Origin: Naegleria gruberi
Taxonomy: Eukaryota
Length of the DNA: 1,640 nucleotides
Assembly: GCA_000004985.1 (NCBI GenBank)
Contig: GG739359.1
Reading direction: 5' to 3' (one strand)
The notes below the pieces were generated by a model, which saw only the letters and a list, made by a program, of their open reading frames with translations, ran no database searches and had not been told where the DNA came from. Every line of letters starts with the position of its first letter. Within the stretch, counting starts at the first letter, position 1. Shown here piece by piece: positions 1 through 1,640 of the stretch. The position numbers and the translations under genes were made by a program.

Positions 1-45
1 CTATGTTGTGTATAATTATTAACTAATTAAATATAATTAAAAAAC
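1..45 (-). other. Probable 3' UTR or downstream flank of the minus-strand gene
   Basis: On the minus strand, just after the TAA stop, the sequence is AT-rich and contains TATAT and TAATAAT-type elements (tataatta occurs twice, at 11..18 and 32..39 on the plus strand). No canonical AATAAA is visible before the window ends. Confidence 0.35.
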
Positions 46-828
46 TTACTCTAAAGATCCGAAAATAAATTGTAACTCTGGTACAAAGTAGGATTGTTTT
101 GCTTGTTTGGCAGATGTTGGTTGACTCGATATTGTTGAATTATTTCCAACAACAGTATTATTTGATTTATCGCCCAATGAACTAGAAGAAAGCTCTGCAA
201 CTGTGACCAGCACTCTAGAATTCACTGATTGATTAGATCCACTCGATATAGGTGTATATTTAGCACATGTAAATGGTGTAATTTTAAATGTTAAAGTATG
301 TTCCGATTGTTTTTTAATCAACAAACTCTTTCCTTCCTTCAACCGTAAACTACACTTTACCATATGCATTCCTTCGTTAGTATTTACAGATTTCTTCTCC
401 ACTAAAATGTAGGCCTTCCCACTATATCCAAGATAGCCATGATCAGCAGCAACAGAATTCGATGGAGAGGACAATGGAGAAACCTGCAGGTTTGGTGAGG
501 GGCTACTTTGAGGCATTTTTAATGGTTGATTATTAATACAAGTTGATGTCGTCGCACTGCTGACGGTTGTGGAAGTGGTGTCGCTTAGTGATGAAGAGTT
601 GTCGTTAGCTGATATCGATTGGTTAGTATTGTTGGTGGTGACTGTTATAGTTGGTGATCGAGAGGTATTGTTGGAGAGTTGGAGATGAGGTGGGAGTTGA
701 GGCAATTTTTGATTCTTGTATTGTTGTGGGTCGTGACTTGTTTGGTTTGTGCTTTCTGGAACACTACTACAGGAACTAATTTGATCGTAACTTGAGGATT
801 CATCCAAGTGGAGAGGAATGGTAAGCAT
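46..828 (-). CDS. Ser/Thr/Asn/Gln/Pro-rich low-complexity protein with a globular beta-strand-like C-terminal domain. It may be a single-exon gene or the terminal exon of a gene. Unknown function.
   Basis: A 274-codon open frame on the minus strand, 46..870 including the TAA stop at 46..48. In a 33% GC sequence an open frame this long is very unlikely by chance. The plus strand is G+T-skewed across the ORF, so the coding strand is A+C-rich, as expected for ACN, AAC, CAA and TCN codons. The 'M' at 868..870 is really GTG, and an in-frame TGA sits at 877..879. The first in-frame ATG is at 826..828, giving MLTIPLHLDESSS... and a 260-aa product. Immediately upstream on the coding strand is an acceptor-like ttttgtgcag|AACCCTGG (AG at 865..866). 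This fits either an SL/trans-splice or cis-splice acceptor about 36 nt before the ATG, or an internal exon starting at 864. Codon usage points to a eukaryote: GGA is the main Gly codon, CAA the main Gln codon, and Arg uses CGA, CGG and AGA. The C-terminal region, YILVEKKS...MHMVKCSLRLKEGKSLLIKKQSEHTLTFKITPFTCAKYTPISSG...RVLVTV, alternates hydrophobic and polar residues like a beta-sandwich. There is a very faint resemblance to an MSP/PapD-like fold. I cannot assign a family confidently. Confidence 0.6.
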   Translation of the reverse strand: MLTIPLHLDESSSYDQISSCSSVPESTNQTSHDPQQYKNQKLPQLPPHLQLSNNTSRSPTITVTTNNTNQSISANDNSSSLSDTTSTTVSSATTSTCINNQPLKMPQSSPSPNLQVSPLSSPSNSVAADHGYLGYSGKAYILVEKKSVNTNEGMHMVKCSLRLKEGKSLLIKKQSEHTLTFKITPFTCAKYTPISSGSNQSVNSRVLVTVAELSSSSLGDKSNNTVVGNNSTISSQPTSAKQAKQSYFVPELQFIFGSLE

Positions 829-846
829 TGGTGGATAGAGATGAAT

Positions 847-871
847 GTCATTACAACCAGGGTTCTGCACA
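847..871. repeat. Left arm of an inverted repeat. The core cagggttctgcaca (857..870) is the exact reverse complement of 1317..1330.
   Basis: I compared the two arms base by base. There are 14 contiguous perfect matches, and about 20 of 23 when extended to 847..871 versus 1317..1341. This arm overlaps the first approximately 24 nt of the ORF-track reading frame (46..870), upstream of the called ATG at 828. Confidence 0.7.
856..867 (-). other. On the minus strand, ttttgtgcag|AAC is a 3' splice or trans-splice acceptor-like site. The AG is at plus 865..866.
   Basis: A pyrimidine/T-rich tract is followed by CAG immediately before the in-frame coding sequence. The nearest in-frame upstream stop is only 4 codons away, at 877..879. 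Confidence 0.35.
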
Positions 872-1002
872 AAACCTCACATTGTGAGGTTACGATGAAA
901 TAAGAAAAAGACACTTGATGAGCCATGAATCACACAAAACTACCGTTACTAATAAAATTTAAAAAATTTGATGAAAAAAAAACATCCTGATGATGTTTTG
1001 TG
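868..1002. promoter_or_regulatory. A cluster of CACAAAAC/GTTTTGTG 8-mers sits at 868..875 and 933..940 (as CACAAAAC) and at 995..1002 (as GTTTTGTG), with two more at 1616..1631.
   Basis: There are five copies of an 8-mer expected about 0.05 times by chance in 1.6 kb. All lie in the non-coding half, upstream of the minus-strand gene. The core CRCAAAW matches the MSE/Ndt80-family site, which would matter if the source is a yeast. Confidence 0.3.
875..889. promoter_or_regulatory. The 15-bp palindrome CCTCACATTGTGAGG, with 7-bp arms around a central T, is a candidate dimeric transcription-factor site.
   Basis: cctcaca and tgtgagg are exact reverse complements. The site lies 5 to 20 nt upstream (coding-strand sense) of the start of the ORF-track frame and directly abuts the left inverted-repeat arm. 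Confidence 0.4.
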
Positions 1003-1144
1003 AATGAATCGTGCCGGGATGTTTAATTGCAAGTTATGATGTGAATCAAAAACATACCGTTCTACAAACAAGAGTAATAGCAATAATATTGATTATTGAA
1101 TATTAATTAAACAAAAAGAACACTGACCACTGGTTGAATAGAAT

Positions 1145-1194
1145 GCCTCAGGTTCTAGCTTGGTTCTAATCACCTTAGCACAATGTGCTGAGGC
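1145..1194 (+). other. Potential stem-loop or structured element: the 7-bp inverted repeat gcctcag (1145..1151) / ctgaggc (1188..1194) encloses two GGTTCTA units and the CACAATGTG palindrome.
   Basis: I read the inverted repeat directly. ggttcta occurs at 1151..1157 and 1163..1169. The gttctaatcacc segment loosely resembles a tRNA B-box (GGTTCGANTCC), but no tRNA cloverleaf can be assembled around it. Confidence 0.25.
1178..1193. promoter_or_regulatory. This second copy of the same core is the near-palindrome GCACAATGTGC followed by TGAGG.
   Basis: The 9-mer CACAATGTG is at plus 1180..1188 and again, on the opposite strand, at 878..886. Both copies are followed by GAGG, as cacaatgtgAGG and cacaatgtgctGAGG. 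Confidence 0.35.
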
Positions 1195-1316
1195 GTGCAA
1201 AGTAAAACTTTTCAAAAATAAAAGTATGGGTTCTATATTAATAGTTGAAAATTGATATGTATATGACTGAAAACAAAAACAAATAATATATTGGTTTATT
1301 TCCAAATTCAATATTC

Positions 1317-1341
1317 ATGTGCAGAACCCTGATTCTAATCA
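1317..1341. repeat. Right arm of the inverted repeat. The core tgtgcagaaccctg (1317..1330) extends imperfectly to about 1341.
   Basis: It is the reverse complement of 857..870. Its extension, tgattctaatca at 1330..1341, is also a direct near-copy of tggttctaatca at 1161..1172 (11 of 12 bases). Confidence 0.7.
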
Positions 1342-1345
1342 ATTA

Positions 1346-1355
1346 TTCTTTCCAG
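1346..1355 (+). other. On the plus strand, ttctttccag|TTCG is a 3' splice acceptor-like site.
   Basis: It is a near-consensus TTTCCAG-type acceptor. A second one, attcatgtgcag|AACCCT, lies at 1313..1324 inside the right inverted-repeat arm. Neither has a convincing downstream coding exon. Confidence 0.2.
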
Positions 1356-1640
1356 TTCGTTATCATTTTCATTTGAAAATATCGAACATTGTACTGAATT
1401 GTCGAGTCAACCAAGTCAAGAAGAAATGCTCTTTCGTTTGCTACCAATTTCATCTTCGGTGCTTTGATAAGGAAGGAGAAGAGTTTTGCGTAGAGGATTT
1501 TTAATTGTAGCGTGTCAGATAGACTGAGCAAATGATTCCTATTTTCAAATTTCACTGTCAGGTGTCAATCGAGTATGTAGTTGCATCACAGAAGAAGAAT
1601 TAAAAAAAAATCGAGGTTTTTGTGTTTTGTGTGTAACTCA

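Noticed and set aside
868-890. A prokaryotic gene model with a GTG start at 870 and a GAGG Shine-Dalgarno-like sequence 4 nt upstream
   Set aside because: The spacer is shorter than is usual for a Shine-Dalgarno site. The protein's low-complexity S/T/N/Q-rich composition is not bacterial. A 770-bp ORF-free flank and acceptor-like motifs fit a eukaryotic locus better.
645-926. A 93-aa minus-strand ORF (MAHQVSF...) that starts at a genuine ATG (924..926) upstream of the main ORF
   Set aside because: It overlaps the main 274-codon frame out of phase (a shadow ORF). Its composition is hydrophobic and irregular and has no domain-like pattern. At most its ATG acts as a uAUG/uORF if the transcript starts upstream of 926. 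I also considered a 29-nt mini-intron (gtaacc...gcag, 893..865) joining it in frame to the main ORF. I judged that too short and the donor too weak.
974-982. A9 homopolymer runs at 974..982 and 1602..1610, as possible slippage or phase-variation tracts
   Set aside because: Both are in non-coding, AT-rich DNA, and such runs are expected at this base composition. Their only notable aspect is that each is followed by a GTTTTGTG motif, which is covered in the findings.
968-1125. C/D-box snoRNA-like boxes: TGATGA at 969..974 and 989..994, and CTGA at 987..990 and 1122..1125
   Set aside because: The spacing is wrong. It is either too close or about 135 nt apart, and no terminal stem pairs the flanks. 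These are probably chance hexamers in AT-rich DNA.
1128-1200. A tRNA or tRNA-derived SINE. A B-box-like GGTTCTAATCACC is on the plus strand and an A-box-like CAGTGGTCAG is on the minus strand at 1120..1133.
   Set aside because: The two boxes are on opposite strands. No acceptor, D, anticodon and T cloverleaf can be built. I mention it only as a possible degraded origin.
1093-1311. A 72-aa minus-strand ORF (MNLEINQYIICFCFQSY...)
   Set aside because: Its start codon is TTG, and it is a low-complexity Ile/Phe/Cys translation of AT-rich non-coding DNA.
1319-1504. A 61-aa plus-strand ORF that begins MQNP like the main ORF
   Set aside because: Its start is GTG, and the MQNP identity exists only because the ORF begins inside the right inverted-repeat arm. 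The rest, FFPVRYHFHLKISNIVLNCRV...CYQFHLRCFD, is Cys/Phe/His-rich and not protein-like.
1343-1555. A 70-aa minus-strand ORF (GTG start). It has an internal ATG and a plausible helical stretch, KLVANERAFLLDLVDSTIQYNV.
   Set aside because: Its start codon is GTG. It is short and sits in AT-rich DNA with no usable splice donor linking it to the downstream exon, so it cannot be called. It is worth a homology search, which I cannot run.

Overview
This AT-rich window (roughly one-third G+C) has two parts: one long coding ORF on the minus strand (46..870 in the ORF track) and about 770 bp of non-coding, repeat-structured DNA to its right (871..1640). The ORF encodes a Ser/Thr/Asn/Gln/Pro-rich low-complexity protein with a more globular, beta-strand-like C-terminal third. 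I read it as eukaryotic: the low-complexity style is eukaryote-typical, and Gly is mostly GGA, Gln mostly CAA, and Arg is encoded by CGA, CGG and AGA. It could be nematode-like or AT-rich fungal; I cannot decide which from sequence alone. The ORF-track starts at 870, 1311, 1319 and 1555 are GTG or TTG codons, not ATG, so the eukaryotic CDS most likely starts at the first in-frame ATG (826..828), unless an exon begins at the acceptor-like ttttgtgcag|AAC at 865. The non-coding half is delimited by a 14-bp perfect (about 24-bp imperfect) inverted repeat, 857..870 versus 1317..1330. Inside it are a shared near-palindromic 9-mer CACAATGTG (twice), a cluster of GGTTCT(A) units, and an over-represented 8-mer CACAAAAC/GTTTTGTG (5 copies). 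None of the other track ORFs looks like a real gene. I found no rRNA, tRNA, CRISPR array or recognisable transposase.
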